A stretch of 32,000 nt of DNA from Horticoccus luteus (GCF_019464535.1 NZ_CP080507.1:2880001-2912000), one strand, 5' to 3'; positions 1 through 9,662 are shown, counted from the first letter of the stretch. The notes: generated by a model not told the origin, from the sequence alone. Translations and numbers: made by a program.

Positions 1-28
1 CGGAGCGAATCTCCGTTCTCTTTGTTTT
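1..28 (+). terminator. Possible intrinsic terminator of an off-window upstream gene
   Basis: CGGAG (1-5) / CTCCG (11-15) stem with a 5-nt loop, followed by the T-rich tail ttctctttgtttt. The stem may be truncated by the window edge. Confidence 0.3.
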
Positions 29-32
29 ATCT

Positions 33-491
33 ATGCGCTGTCCCAAGTGCACTTCCATCGAAGACAAGGTTGTCGACTCCCGCATCAGCAAGGAGGGCAA
101 CACCATTCGCCGCCGCCGCGAATGCCTCGAATGCGGCCACCGGTTCACCACGACTGAAACCCTCGTGCGTGACGGCCTGATCGTCATCAAGCGCGACGGC
201 CGCCGCGAGGATTTCGACCCGGAGAAAATCACGCGCTCCGTGCGCGTCGCCTGCCACAAACGCCCGATCGACGTCGAACAGATCTCCATGCTCGTCGAAG
301 ACGTCATCGACGTGCTCGAGGCGCAGTTCGAAGGCGAAATCCCCTCCAGCGCCATCGGTGAAGGCGTCATGCAACGCCTCCGCCACGTCGACCAGGTCGC
401 CTACGTGCGCTTCGCCAGCGTGTATAAAGAGTTTCGCGACGTCTCCGGTTTCATGCACGAAATCAGCGCGCTCGAGAAACCCAAACCATGA
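33..491 (+). CDS. nrdR: Transcriptional repressor NrdR (zinc ribbon + ATP-cone)
   Basis: 152 aa. N-terminal MRCPKC...CLECGHRFTT zinc ribbon, then an ATP-cone-like region (FDPEKI...VAYVRFASVY). ATG at 33. Confidence 0.95.
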   Translation: MRCPKCTSIEDKVVDSRISKEGNTIRRRRECLECGHRFTTTETLVRDGLIVIKRDGRREDFDPEKITRSVRVACHKRPIDVEQISMLVEDVIDVLEAQFEGEIPSSAIGEGVMQRLRHVDQVAYVRFASVYKEFRDVSGFMHEISALEKPKP

Positions 492-994
492 GCCGCGAGC
501 GCGACGACGACCTGCGTCGCCTCCACTTCATCAACGCCCTTTTCGCGAGCGTCACGGGCCACGACCTCTATCTCGCCCAGCAGATCAAGGCCGCGATCAC
601 GTTCAGTCTCGGCGAACTCGAAACACAGGTTGCCACCCAACCTGAACTCGCCGCCCAGTTCGACAGCGCCTTCAACGCCGCCGCCGCCCGCCTGCTCTCC
701 ACGTTTTTCGCGGGCCAGCCCGATCACGGCTTTGTCCACTGGGATGCCGCGCGCACGCTGACCTCGGCCACACCGCTCTTCGCCCGCGCCGAACTGCTGG
801 CCGCGTTGAAAACGCTCGCGCCCTTTTCCCATTCCACGCTGCTCATCACCAATCTCCGCCCGGCCTTGATTCCGCCTGAGAAACGCGCCACCGCCCGCCG
901 GCTGCAAGACTACGACGACGCCCTCGCCTTCATCCGCCAGTTCGCCGCCGCACGCGTCACCCGGCACGCCAATCTCCAACTCCTGTTTCTGTAG
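488..994 (+). CDS. Hypothetical protein, translationally coupled to nrdR
   Basis: 168 aa. Its ATG at 488 overlaps the nrdR TGA (ATGA at 488-491). The first ~60 codons show strong G/C third-position bias. I recognise no family motif. Confidence 0.7.
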   Translation: MSRERDDDLRRLHFINALFASVTGHDLYLAQQIKAAITFSLGELETQVATQPELAAQFDSAFNAAAARLLSTFFAGQPDHGFVHWDAARTLTSATPLFARAELLAALKTLAPFSHSTLLITNLRPALIPPEKRATARRLQDYDDALAFIRQFAAARVTRHANLQLLFL

Positions 995-1029
995 TTTTCC
1001 TCCCGCCGCTTTCGCCTCAACCTGCCGCC

Positions 1030-1368
1030 ATGCCCACGCTCTTCGAACGCATCGCCGCCCGCGAAATCCCCGCCAAAATCGAATACGAAGACGATCTCTG
1101 CTTCGCGATCCACGACATCCAGCCGCAAGCCCCGGTCCATCTCCTTATCATCCCGAAACGCGTCATCGCGCGCGTCGGTGCCGCCACTCCGGCCGATGAA
1201 TCCGTCCTCGGACATCTGCTCGTCGTCGCCGGCCAGCTCGCGAAAAAACTTTCCCTCACCGCCGGCTTTCGCCTCGTCATCAACCACGGCCCGCACGCCT
1301 GCGAGTCGGTGCCGCATCTCCACGTGCACCTCCTCGCCGGCCGGCAGATGACGTGGCCCCCGGGCTGA
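1030..1368 (+). CDS. HIT family (histidine triad) nucleotide hydrolase
   Basis: 112 aa with the C-terminal histidine triad HLHVHLL and an HinT-like N-terminus (FERIAAREIPA). Confidence 0.9.
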   Translation: MPTLFERIAAREIPAKIEYEDDLCFAIHDIQPQAPVHLLIIPKRVIARVGAATPADESVLGHLLVVAGQLAKKLSLTAGFRLVINHGPHACESVPHLHVHLLAGRQMTWPPG

Positions 1369-2224
1369 TCGCGCCTGCCGCCGCCGCATGCCGCCCGCGA
1401 TACGCGCGCGGCTCCATCGCGGTGAACGCGCGAAACACCCGCGCGAAATACTGGCTGGAACTGAAGCCCGTCGCAAACGCCACCTCCGTCACCGTGGCCG
1501 CCGACTCCCGCAACAACCGTTTCGCCTGCTCGGTCCGCAACCGGTTCACCAACGTCAGCGGGCTGTCACCCGTGATCTTGCGGCACAACGTCGCAAACCG
1601 CGAACGCCCGAGTCCGCACGCCGCCGCCATCGCTTGCAGTGTCCACGCCGTGTCCACCCGCTCACCCAGACTCGCGATAAATTTCTGCACCCGCTCCTCC
1701 GCGCCCGCTGTCGCGCCCGCCGACTGCGCCGCGCGATCGATGCACCGCTCCAATTCCAGCACGACCAGCCGCGTCAGCGTGTTCACATAAACCTCGTCCG
1801 GCGGCCCGCCCACCGCGCCCGCCGTGAGTTCCGCCACGAGCGCGGGCAACAACCAGGCCATCCGCGCCGTCGCCGGAAAACAATGTCGCCCGGAACGCAC
1901 CAGCAACGCACTGAGCCTTCGCTCCCGTTCCGCACCGAGCCCGATTTCCCGCACCAGCCGAAACTGCCGGCGCGGCCGCCGGCTCGGCCCCGCGAGACGC
2001 AACTGCACCCACTGCCACAAGTGCCCCGCCTCAAATTCGTCCACGCTCCCGTGCTCCTGCCACGGCAGGGAAAAGTAAACCGAGCCCGCCGTCACTCGCT
2101 CCACCCGCCCCTCGACGTGCCAGTTCAGCGCCCCTTTTTCGAGCAGCACGATTTCCAAACCGCCATCGCGGTGCGTGGGCAGCGAACGCGCACTCCCCCG
2201 GCCGTAGCGAACAATGCTTTTCAT
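1280..2224 (-). CDS. AraC family transcriptional regulator (cupin sensor + HTH)
   Basis: Internal ATG at 2224 (MKSIVRYGRG) of the 629-aa ORF. It has a cupin-like N-terminus and a C-terminal AraC HTH (RSRFATLCRKITGDSP...EVAFATGFSSSQYFARVFR). The upstream part of the long ORF is antisense to the PhyH gene. Confidence 0.85.
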   Translation of the reverse strand: MKSIVRYGRGSARSLPTHRDGGLEIVLLEKGALNWHVEGRVERVTAGSVYFSLPWQEHGSVDEFEAGHLWQWVQLRLAGPSRRPRRQFRLVREIGLGAERERRLSALLVRSGRHCFPATARMAWLLPALVAELTAGAVGGPPDEVYVNTLTRLVVLELERCIDRAAQSAGATAGAEERVQKFIASLGERVDTAWTLQAMAAACGLGRSRFATLCRKITGDSPLTLVNRLRTEQAKRLLRESAATVTEVAFATGFSSSQYFARVFRAFTAMEPRAYRGRHAAAAGAISPGATSSAGRRGGARGDAAPTRRRAGRG

Positions 2225-2302
2225 GCGTGTGCACGATTTGCCACTGGCCAACGTTGCACGCAACTCCCCGCGCACGTCTGCTATGCTCGCGTCCCTATCC
2301 TC

Positions 2303-3133
2303 ATGACGCTCTCCCCCGACCAAGTCGCTGCCTTCCGCCAACACGGCTACCTCGCCGTCCCCGCCTTCTTCGACCCCCGCGAAACCGCCGCGCTGCAGGC
2401 CGACATCGCGCGCCTCCAACGCAATGGCTTTCTCCGCAACGTCGCCACCGCCGGCGACGGCCAGACCGCCTCGACCACCAAAGCCAACTTGCAGCTCTGT
2501 CCCGCCAATTTTTACAGCACCCTCATCCGCGCCGTGCCGTTCGCCCCGAAAGTCACCGCTGCGGTCACGCGCCTCCTCGGCGGGCCCGACATCACCCTTC
2601 ACCTCGACCAGATTTTCCTCAAACCGGGCCGCACCGGCATGGGCACCGCGTGGCATCAGGACAACGCCTACTTCCGCATTCCATCGCCCCTCCGCGGCAC
2701 CGCGATGTGGATCGCCATCCACGACGCCACGATCGCCAACGGCGCGCTCAGCATCATCCCCGACGCGTGGGAAAATCCCCTTCCCCACGAGCGCGACGGC
2801 AACAGCAACCACCACATCCGCTGCTTCCCCGACGAAAGCCGGGCGCAGGCCATCGAACTCGCCGCCGGCAGCGTGATTTTCTTTTGCTACGGCACGCCGC
2901 ATTGCACGGGCGACAACACCACCGACCGCGAACGCGCCGGTCTCGCGTTTCATTTCCTCTGCGACGACCAGACCGACGAATCGTTTTACACCACCGGCCG
3001 CATCGGCAACCCGCGCCCCCGCCTGACCGGCGCGCGCGCCAGCGGCGGCTTTGAAGAATACGGCGCCACCATTGCGGGCACTTGGGAGCGCGAGGTCGCG
3101 CAAACGCTCGCCGGCCCAACTGAACGTCCCTGA
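2303..3133 (+). CDS. Phytanoyl-CoA dioxygenase (PhyH) family Fe(II)/2-oxoglutarate oxygenase
   Basis: Internal ATG at 2303 (MTLSPDQVAAFRQHGYL). WHQDNAYF contains the HxD iron motif. It lies 78 nt divergent from the AraC gene. Confidence 0.85.
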   Translation: MTLSPDQVAAFRQHGYLAVPAFFDPRETAALQADIARLQRNGFLRNVATAGDGQTASTTKANLQLCPANFYSTLIRAVPFAPKVTAAVTRLLGGPDITLHLDQIFLKPGRTGMGTAWHQDNAYFRIPSPLRGTAMWIAIHDATIANGALSIIPDAWENPLPHERDGNSNHHIRCFPDESRAQAIELAAGSVIFFCYGTPHCTGDNTTDRERAGLAFHFLCDDQTDESFYTTGRIGNPRPRLTGARASGGFEEYGATIAGTWEREVAQTLAGPTERP

Positions 3134-3141
3134 GCCCTCAT

Positions 3142-3159
3142 CCCCGCACGGCCGCGGGG
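3142..3159. terminator. Short GC hairpin between convergent genes (weak terminator candidate)
   Basis: CCCCGC (3142-3147) / GCGGGG (3154-3159) with a 6-nt loop, in the 42-nt gap between the PhyH and S9 peptidase 3' ends. There is no U-tract. Confidence 0.25.
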
Positions 3160-3175
3160 CTCGACGCACGCGCGG

Positions 3176-5269
3176 TTATTTCAACCAGCGCGCGAGCCAC
3201 GCGTGCACTTCGCCATACCAATACTTGCTGTCTTCGCCGTCGAGAATGTGGTGATTCTCCTCGGGGAAAACCACGAGCCGGCTCGGCACGCCGAGTCGTT
3301 GGTGCAGCGTCCAGTTCATCAAGGTGTTGTTCAGCGGCACCCGGAAATCCTTTTCGCCGACCGTGAGCAGCATCGGCGTCACCCACCCCGTGCCTTTCGC
3401 GTGATTGCCCGCCAGCCGCGCCGGGCTTTGCTCCGTCCACAACGGCCCGTTTTCCCATACCGGTCCGCCGTTGGTCACTTCGCGATCGTAAACGACATCG
3501 CTCGTGCCCCATTGCTCGGCGAGGTCCACGAGGCCCGCGTGCGAAATGAGGCACTTGTAGCGCGTCGTCGTCGCCTGCAGCCAGTTTGCCAGATGCCCGC
3601 CATAGCTCGCGCCGCCCGCCGCCTGCCGCGCCCCATCGATGAACGCGTAACGCTTGATCGCCTCGTCCGCCGCCTGGTTGATTTCGTCGCCCGGCGTCTT
3701 CAGCGGATCGCCTTGGATCGCCTGCGCAAACGCCTCCGTCGAACCCGTTGAGCCGGTGTAATTCGTCAGCAGCAGCACGTAGCCCGGTGCCGCGAGCAGA
3801 TGGTAATTCCACCGCAGTGACCACGCATCGCGCCACATCATGTTCGCCCCGCCATGAATCACGACGAAGAGCGGATATTTTTTCTGCGGATCGAAGTGCG
3901 GCGGGCGCACGAGAAGATTTTCGATCTTCCGCCCCTGCGCCGTCGTAAACGCGAAATGCTCCACCGGCGGCAGATCCAGCGGCGCCACCGCGTCCGCGTT
4001 GAACTGCGTCAGAAAACGGTAACTCACCGTCTTCGCATCGATCGCCACCACCTCAGGCGGACTCACCGCGCTGTCGTAGTTCGCGACAATCGCCGAGCCC
4101 CCCGTAGCCAGATTCGACAAGCATCCGCCCGCCGGCAAATCGAAGGCGCGCAGCGGGTGCCCACCGTCCGCCGCGATCGAGAACAGCTTTTCCTGCCCCG
4201 CCGTCTCCGCCGTGAAATAAACCGTCGTGCTGTCCGCCCCCACGCCGAAATGCGCGACACTCACCTCCGCCCCCGGCGTCAACACCGTGCGCTTCGCCGC
4301 GAAGGGCCACGGAAACGAGACCAACCGGCGATGATGATAAACTTTGCCGTCCCCGCCCGGCTCCATCGTTAGCAACAACGCCCGTCCGTCCGGCCGGAAT
4401 TGCGGGCGCCCGTAATCGTCCTTGTCCGCCGTCAGCGCCCGCGGCTCGCCGCCTTCCGCGCCTACTTCGAACAACTGCAAATTCACCTCCGCCGCTGCCG
4501 CCTGGTCGCGATTCGTCACCGCAAGGAAGACGATGCTCTTCCCGTCCGGCGACCACACCGCATCGAAGTCCGCCGCCGCATCGCCTGCGCGCCCGCCGAA
4601 TCCGCGCTTCGCCGCGAGCGCCGAACCTGCCAGCACATCGCGCGCCTCTGCGCCGGCCTTCGCGTCCTGCACCAATAGGTGCGCCACCCGCTCGCCGAGC
4701 CAGTGATCCCACGCCCGCACCGGAAATTGTTCATACACCCGCGCGTGGTATTTCCGCTCCTTCCGCTCCTTCGCCTCCCGCTTGTTGTCCGCGTCCGTGC
4801 GCGCGTCCGGATACACATCGCTGATGAACAGCAACCGCGTCCCGTCCGGACTCCACTGCGGGCAGCGCGCGCCCGTCGACACGTCCGTCACCCGCACCGC
4901 TTCGCCCCCGCGCGCCAGATCCAGCACATAAATCTGCTTCGCCTCGTCACCATCGCGCTTCGCCGCAAACGCCAGCCTCTTCCCATCAGGACTCCACGCC
5001 GGGCTGCCCGCGCCACCCTTGTTCGCTGTGATGCGACGCGGTGCCTGGTCCCCCGCGATCGGGCACAACCACAACGCATCCGATTCATCCTTTTTCGCGT
5101 AAGCCGGATCGGTCACCGCGACCACCACCCACTGGCCGTCGGGACTCGGCACCGGCGCGCCCACGCGCTTCATCAACCACACGTCCTCGTGCGTCAGCAC
5201 CCGGCCCTTGTCCGCCGCGCTCACCGCCACCACCACTCCCAACCACAACAGGATAACTCGTTTCATCAT
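3176..5269 (-). CDS. Secreted S9 family serine peptidase (beta-propeller + alpha/beta hydrolase)
   Basis: 697 aa. Signal-like N-terminus MMKRVILLWLGVVVAVSA. Repeated SPDG propeller motifs. Nucleophile elbow GASYGGH in the C-terminal hydrolase domain. Confidence 0.9.
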   Translation of the reverse strand: MMKRVILLWLGVVVAVSAADKGRVLTHEDVWLMKRVGAPVPSPDGQWVVVAVTDPAYAKKDESDALWLCPIAGDQAPRRITANKGGAGSPAWSPDGKRLAFAAKRDGDEAKQIYVLDLARGGEAVRVTDVSTGARCPQWSPDGTRLLFISDVYPDARTDADNKREAKERKERKYHARVYEQFPVRAWDHWLGERVAHLLVQDAKAGAEARDVLAGSALAAKRGFGGRAGDAAADFDAVWSPDGKSIVFLAVTNRDQAAAAEVNLQLFEVGAEGGEPRALTADKDDYGRPQFRPDGRALLLTMEPGGDGKVYHHRRLVSFPWPFAAKRTVLTPGAEVSVAHFGVGADSTTVYFTAETAGQEKLFSIAADGGHPLRAFDLPAGGCLSNLATGGSAIVANYDSAVSPPEVVAIDAKTVSYRFLTQFNADAVAPLDLPPVEHFAFTTAQGRKIENLLVRPPHFDPQKKYPLFVVIHGGANMMWRDAWSLRWNYHLLAAPGYVLLLTNYTGSTGSTEAFAQAIQGDPLKTPGDEINQAADEAIKRYAFIDGARQAAGGASYGGHLANWLQATTTRYKCLISHAGLVDLAEQWGTSDVVYDREVTNGGPVWENGPLWTEQSPARLAGNHAKGTGWVTPMLLTVGEKDFRVPLNNTLMNWTLHQRLGVPSRLVVFPEENHHILDGEDSKYWYGEVHAWLARWLK

Positions 5270-5295
5270 GGGTAACTAAAATCCTTCCCGGCCAC

Positions 5296-6444
5296 TCAGC
5301 CGCGTTCCTCAAACGAGCCGTCCGCCCGCTTCACGATGCAGCGTTTCAACTCCAGCATCATCAACGCCGCCGACACCTGCGCGGATGCCAGCCCCGTCGC
5401 CGCCATCAAATCATCCACGCCCAGCGTCGCCCCGTTGGCCAACTGCGCCAGCACGCTCCGCTCCTCCGCCGTCAGTCCCTCGCGATTCCCTGCCCCGCTC
5501 CCCGCCGCCGGGCTTTGGTCCGCCTTCTCGCCGATCGGCGCCGGCCGCAAACCATCGAGATAATTCAACTCGCTCAAAATATCGTCCACACTCGTGAGCA
5601 GCGTCGCCCCGTCGCGGATCAACTGATGGCAGCCCGCGCTCGAGGTCTGATCGATCCGCCCCGGCACCGCGTAAAGCAACCGCCCCTGCTCGCCCGCAAA
5701 TCGCGCCGTAATCATCGCGCCCCCGCTCACATCGCTCTCCACCACGACCACCGCCTCGCTCATGCCCGACACGATCCGGTTGCGCATCGCAAACGACTGC
5801 CGGTCCGCGCGCCGCCCAAACGGAAACTCCGACAAAATCGCGCCCTCCGCCTCAATCTTGCGGTAAAGCTCCAGGTTCTCCGGCGGGTAAATCAAATCGA
5901 TGCCCGTCCCCAGCACCGCCGCCGTTTTTCCGCCCACCGACAACGCCCCTTCGTGCGCCGCCGTGTCGATCCCGCGCGCCAGCCCGCTCACCACGCAAAA
6001 CCCCAGCCGCGCCAGCTCCGCGCCCAGTTTCTTGGCCACACTCTGCCCGTAAAGTGTCGTCCGCCGACTCCCCACGATCGCGACGCACGGCGCGCCAAAT
6101 TCATATTGCCCCTTCCGATACAACGCGATCGGCGGATCGTGGATCTCTTTCAGCAAACTCGGATAACCCACGTCGCCCGCCGTGATAAACGTCGCGCCGC
6201 TCTGCGCCATCCGCGCCTCCTCGCGCGCCAGATCGAAATGCTCCCGCCAGCCCGCAATCGAAGCGCTGATCACCGGCCCCACACCCTTGATCTGGCTCAA
6301 CCGCCCCACGTCCGCGCCCAGCACGGACCGTGGGTCGCCGCCCAATTCTCCCAACATCCGATTCAACGTGATGGGCCCGATATTCGGCAACGCGTTCAAC
6401 ACGAGAAACGCCTGCCTTTCGCTTAACTCCGACGGATTCTTCAA
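5296..6444 (-). CDS. dprA: DNA processing protein DprA (Smf)
   Basis: Rossmann-like core (VAIVGSRRTTLYG, GLARGIDTAAHEGAL) plus a C-terminal winged helix. The longest ORF reaches 6618 but would overlap nnr by 131 nt. An in-frame TTG at 6444 gives a typical 382 aa. The start is uncertain. Confidence 0.8.
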   Translation of the reverse strand: MKNPSELSERQAFLVLNALPNIGPITLNRMLGELGGDPRSVLGADVGRLSQIKGVGPVISASIAGWREHFDLAREEARMAQSGATFITAGDVGYPSLLKEIHDPPIALYRKGQYEFGAPCVAIVGSRRTTLYGQSVAKKLGAELARLGFCVVSGLARGIDTAAHEGALSVGGKTAAVLGTGIDLIYPPENLELYRKIEAEGAILSEFPFGRRADRQSFAMRNRIVSGMSEAVVVVESDVSGGAMITARFAGEQGRLLYAVPGRIDQTSSAGCHQLIRDGATLLTSVDDILSELNYLDGLRPAPIGEKADQSPAAGSGAGNREGLTAEERSVLAQLANGATLGVDDLMAATGLASAQVSAALMMLELKRCIVKRADGSFEERG

Positions 6445-6487
6445 CGAGGCCGACGTTGAGTCTTTCTCGCCGGAGGTAAAGCAACTC

Positions 6488-7972
6488 CTATGCGAAACGT
6501 CGTAAAATCTCCGATAACCTTCCGGGTAAATCCGCCGTGCGCGCTGCCGTATGTCCCACCATGCGCGCGAGAGCGTCCGCCGCGACACCGTGCCACACCG
6601 TGGCCCGCGTCGCAGCAAGCAGCGGATCGTCCGGCGTTTGTGCCAGCAGCCCCCCGCATAACCCGCTCAACACGTCGCCGCTGCCGCCTCTCGCCAGCAC
6701 CGGGCCACCAAAAAAACTCTGATAAACCCCGCCTCCGCTGCTCACGCGCGTGACCGGTCCTTTCAACACCACCGTCGCGTTCGCCGCCTGCGCATACGCC
6801 CGCAAATCCGCGCCTTTCCCCGCAATCCGCGCAAATTCCCCCGCGTGAGGCGTCAGCACCTTCGCCCCTTTCACCGCCGCCACGATCTCCGGTTGCAGGG
6901 CGTCCGCATCGATCGCGACCGGCATGTCCACGAGCTTCACTGCCTCCGCGATCATCGCCAGCGTTTCCTTTTCCCGCCCCAATCCCGGACCCACCATCAA
7001 CGCCGTGGCGCGTCCCATTCGCTCGCGCAACACGCTCAACGTATCCAACGCCAGACCGCCCTCCGGCGTTACCGGACAGCCGACCCACATCGCATCCGGC
7101 GCCCGCGCCGCAAACGCCGCCGCGCACGTTTCCGGCACCAGCACCGTCAGCATGCCCACCCCCGATTGCAGCGCGCCGAGCGTCGCCAGCAACGCCGCGC
7201 CCGGATAACTCCGCGAGCCCGCCACGATGATCAACTGCCCGTAGTTGCGCTTGTCGCCCCGCGCCGGCCGCAGCCGCGCCAGCGGCGCTAGAATCTCCCG
7301 CCGCAGCGCTCGTTCACCTTCATCCTTGACGACATCGTCGCGAAAAAATCCCAGATCCAGATAACGCACGCGCCCCGCCATCTCCGCGTCCACCACCGGC
7401 GTTTTCACGCTCCCCGTCGCATACGTGAAGTCCGCCCGCGCCACATCCGCGCTCGGCAGATCCACCGCCGCCCGAAACCGCACGTCGAGCTCATTGAACC
7501 GCAGGAGCAACGCCTTCGTCGCTTCGTCCACCGGCGGCCGAAACTGAAATCCGAACACCCCGTCCACGCTCGCGTCGTAACGCGCCCCCCACTCCTCCGC
7601 GCTCACCACGCGCACCCGTTCCGCATCCACGGTCGCCAGTTCGCGCCACGCCCGCGCCGTGAGCGGCCGCAACGCCCGCTCGCCAAACGCGAACCACACA
7701 TCCACGCGCGCCGCCGGGAAAAACGTCCGCCACACCCGCGCCGCGATCAACGCGTCGCCGCCATTGTGCCCCTTTCCCACCAGCACGAGCAACCGACCCC
7801 CCGCCGGAAATCCGCCCGCCTCGCGCATGTCTTCGCGCATCGCCGTCGCGATCGCCGCGCCCGCCGCCGACATCGCCCGCCACTCTGCCGCCTCATCCCC
7901 GCCCAGCACGCGCGCCTCCAACGCCTTGGCCTCGGCGCACGTGAGGATCGGATGCGACGCCGGTAAAGTCAT
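6488..7972 (-). CDS. nnr: Bifunctional NAD(P)H-hydrate repair enzyme (epimerase + ADP-dependent dehydratase)
   Basis: YjeF_N-like N-terminus (VLVGKGHNGGDAL) and a C-terminal carbohydrate-kinase-like domain (GGSGDVLSG). The ATG at 7972 overlaps the stop of the upstream ORF (ATGA). Confidence 0.9.
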   Translation of the reverse strand: MTLPASHPILTCAEAKALEARVLGGDEAAEWRAMSAAGAAIATAMREDMREAGGFPAGGRLLVLVGKGHNGGDALIAARVWRTFFPAARVDVWFAFGERALRPLTARAWRELATVDAERVRVVSAEEWGARYDASVDGVFGFQFRPPVDEATKALLLRFNELDVRFRAAVDLPSADVARADFTYATGSVKTPVVDAEMAGRVRYLDLGFFRDDVVKDEGERALRREILAPLARLRPARGDKRNYGQLIIVAGSRSYPGAALLATLGALQSGVGMLTVLVPETCAAAFAARAPDAMWVGCPVTPEGGLALDTLSVLRERMGRATALMVGPGLGREKETLAMIAEAVKLVDMPVAIDADALQPEIVAAVKGAKVLTPHAGEFARIAGKGADLRAYAQAANATVVLKGPVTRVSSGGGVYQSFFGGPVLARGGSGDVLSGLCGGLLAQTPDDPLLAATRATVWHGVAADALARMVGHTAARTADLPGRLSEILRRFA

Positions 7973-8496
7973 GGCTTCCGCGCGCCCCCGCTGCCCTGCA
8001 TCGATTGCCGCGCCGCCTCGCTCAACGCCCGCCAACTTTCATCCGTGCTCTCCTTCAACCACTCGCGCCGACTCGCCTCCGTTTCCGTAAACGCCAGCGG
8101 CGAACCCGGCGGCACGCCATGCGTCAACAACGGCTGCGTCAGCGCCGGGATCGATCGGAAATACACGTCCCCGGCGACTCGCCGCACTTCAAAGCAATGT
8201 GCATACGAGCGTGTCGTCGGCTCCCACAACGCCACTTCCGTCCGATCGTTGTCCCACGAGGCGTATTTACCCCACTCGTCAAACACCGCCTCGATCAACG
8301 CGATGTCCGCCGGCGGGGGCCGCACCACAGGGGCCGGCGGCGGAGCGGGCGGCTCCTTCACGATCTCCCGCGGTGGCAAAAACCACATGAACGCCGCGCC
8401 CAGCACGAAGCCGAGCGTGATCCACGAAGGCGTCTTGGAAAGCGAGCTCGGCGGCGGCGCTGGCGGGTTCTCGTCTTCGATCTCGTCCATGCGCAT
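7969..8496 (-). CDS. Hypothetical single-pass membrane protein with a proline-rich linker
   Basis: 175 aa. Acidic N-terminus, one hydrophobic helix (WITLGFVLGAAFMWFL), the linker PPAPPPAPVVRPPP, then a ~100-aa C-terminal domain. It is embedded in the operon, 6 nt after acpS, and joins nnr by ATGA. Confidence 0.7.
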   Translation of the reverse strand: MRMDEIEDENPPAPPPSSLSKTPSWITLGFVLGAAFMWFLPPREIVKEPPAPPPAPVVRPPPADIALIEAVFDEWGKYASWDNDRTEVALWEPTTRSYAHCFEVRRVAGDVYFRSIPALTQPLLTHGVPPGSPLAFTETEASRREWLKESTDESWRALSEAARQSMQGSGGARKP

Positions 8497-8502
8497 AAAA
8501 AA

Positions 8503-8922
8503 CTACGCCCGCACGATCGCCGCAACCGCCATCGCCACCGTCTCCGTGTGCGACAGCGTCACGATCACGCTCGTCCCGCCGACCTGCGCCAGCAGCGCCG
8601 TGCCTTTTTCATCGAGCCGCACCAACGGTTGATGCCGTTCGCCATGATAAACCGAAACCGACCGCCAGCCCAGTTCTGCGCCGATGCCCGTGGAAAACGC
8701 TTTCGAAACCGCCTCCTTCGCGGCGAAACGCGCCGCATAATGTTTTTCAGGATGGGCCATCCCACCGCAATACGCCCGCTCTTCGTCTGTAAACACGCGC
8801 TGCAGAAAACGTTCCCCTTGTCGTTCCAGCACGCCGCGCACGCGGTCCACTTCGATCACGTCACACCCCAACCCGATCAGCCCGCCGCCCGGCGGCAGCA
8901 CGAATCCGCTTGTCGCGCTCAT
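8503..8922 (-). CDS. acpS: Holo-[acyl-carrier-protein] synthase
   Basis: 139 aa from the internal ATG at 8922. Motifs [20 protein letters not shown] and [11 protein letters not shown] are typical AcpS. It overlaps the pdxJ stop (ATGA). Confidence 0.9.
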   Translation of the reverse strand: MSATSGFVLPPGGGLIGLGCDVIEVDRVRGVLERQGERFLQRVFTDEERAYCGGMAHPEKHYAARFAAKEAVSKAFSTGIGAELGWRSVSVYHGERHQPLVRLDEKGTALLAQVGGTSVIVTLSHTETVAMAVAAIVRA

Positions 8923-9662
8923 GCGTTCATCCGCGCCTTCATCTCGCGCACCGCCTCCTCGATACCGGTGAACAATGCGCGACTCACGATGCTGTGCCCG
9001 ATGTTGAGTTCGTGCAGATGCGGCAGCGTGCGCACCTCGGCGATATTCACGTAATTGATGCCATGGCCGGCGTTGACCACGAGGCCCAGCGCCTGCCCGC
9101 GATCGCATCCCGTGCGCAACCGCGCCAGCTCCGTCGCCCGGTGCGGCGTGAAATACGCGTTCGCATAAGCGCCGGTGTGCAACTCCACCCAAGGCGCTCC
9201 CACCGCCGCCGCGGTTTCGAGCTGCGGCGCATCCGGATCGATGAACAAGCTCGTGACAATCCCCGCCGCGTTCATCGCGTCCACCACCGCCGCCACCCGC
9301 GCTCGCTGTCCGGCGACATCAAGGCCGCCCTCGGTCGTCACTTCGGCGCGATTCTCCGGCACGAGGCAGACCGAGTCCGGTTTTAACTTCAACGCCAGCG
9401 CGGTCATCGCCGGCGTGCAGGCCATCTCCAGGTTCAACCGCGTGGCGATCGTCTCGCGCAAACGCCACACATCGCGCTCCTGGATATGCCGCCGGTCTTC
9501 GCGCAAATGCACCGTGATGCCATCCGCGCCCGCCCGCTCCGCCAGCACCGCCAGCGTCACCGGATCCGGCTCGATCGCGCCGCCGGCCTGAGTCGCCGCA
9601 TCGCGATACCGCGCCTGCCGCACTGTCGCACAATGGTCGATGTTGACGCCGAGTAGAATCAT
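8919..9662 (-). CDS. pdxJ: Pyridoxine 5'-phosphate synthase
   Basis: 247 aa. Typical PdxJ motifs: [27 protein letters not shown]. Confidence 0.95.
   Translation of the reverse strand: MILLGVNIDHCATVRQARYRDAATQAGGAIEPDPVTLAVLAERAGADGITVHLREDRRHIQERDVWRLRETIATRLNLEMACTPAMTALALKLKPDSVCLVPENRAEVTTEGGLDVAGQRARVAAVVDAMNAAGIVTSLFIDPDAPQLETAAAVGAPWVELHTGAYANAYFTPHRATELARLRTGCDRGQALGLVVNAGHGINYVNIAEVRTLPHLHELNIGHSIVSRALFTGIEEAVREMKARMNA

Noticed and set aside
1388-2302. N-terminal 305 codons of the 581-aa ORF containing the PhyH gene, and the matching 2225-3169 part of the 629-aa minus ORF
   Set aside because: Each is antisense to the other gene's well-supported CDS. The translations are Arg/Pro/Gly-rich, and internal ATGs at 2303 and 2224 give normal-length proteins.
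8005-9054. 349-aa plus-strand ORF
   Set aside because: The translation is Arg-rich and antisense to the hypothetical, acpS and pdxJ genes, which carry clear motifs.
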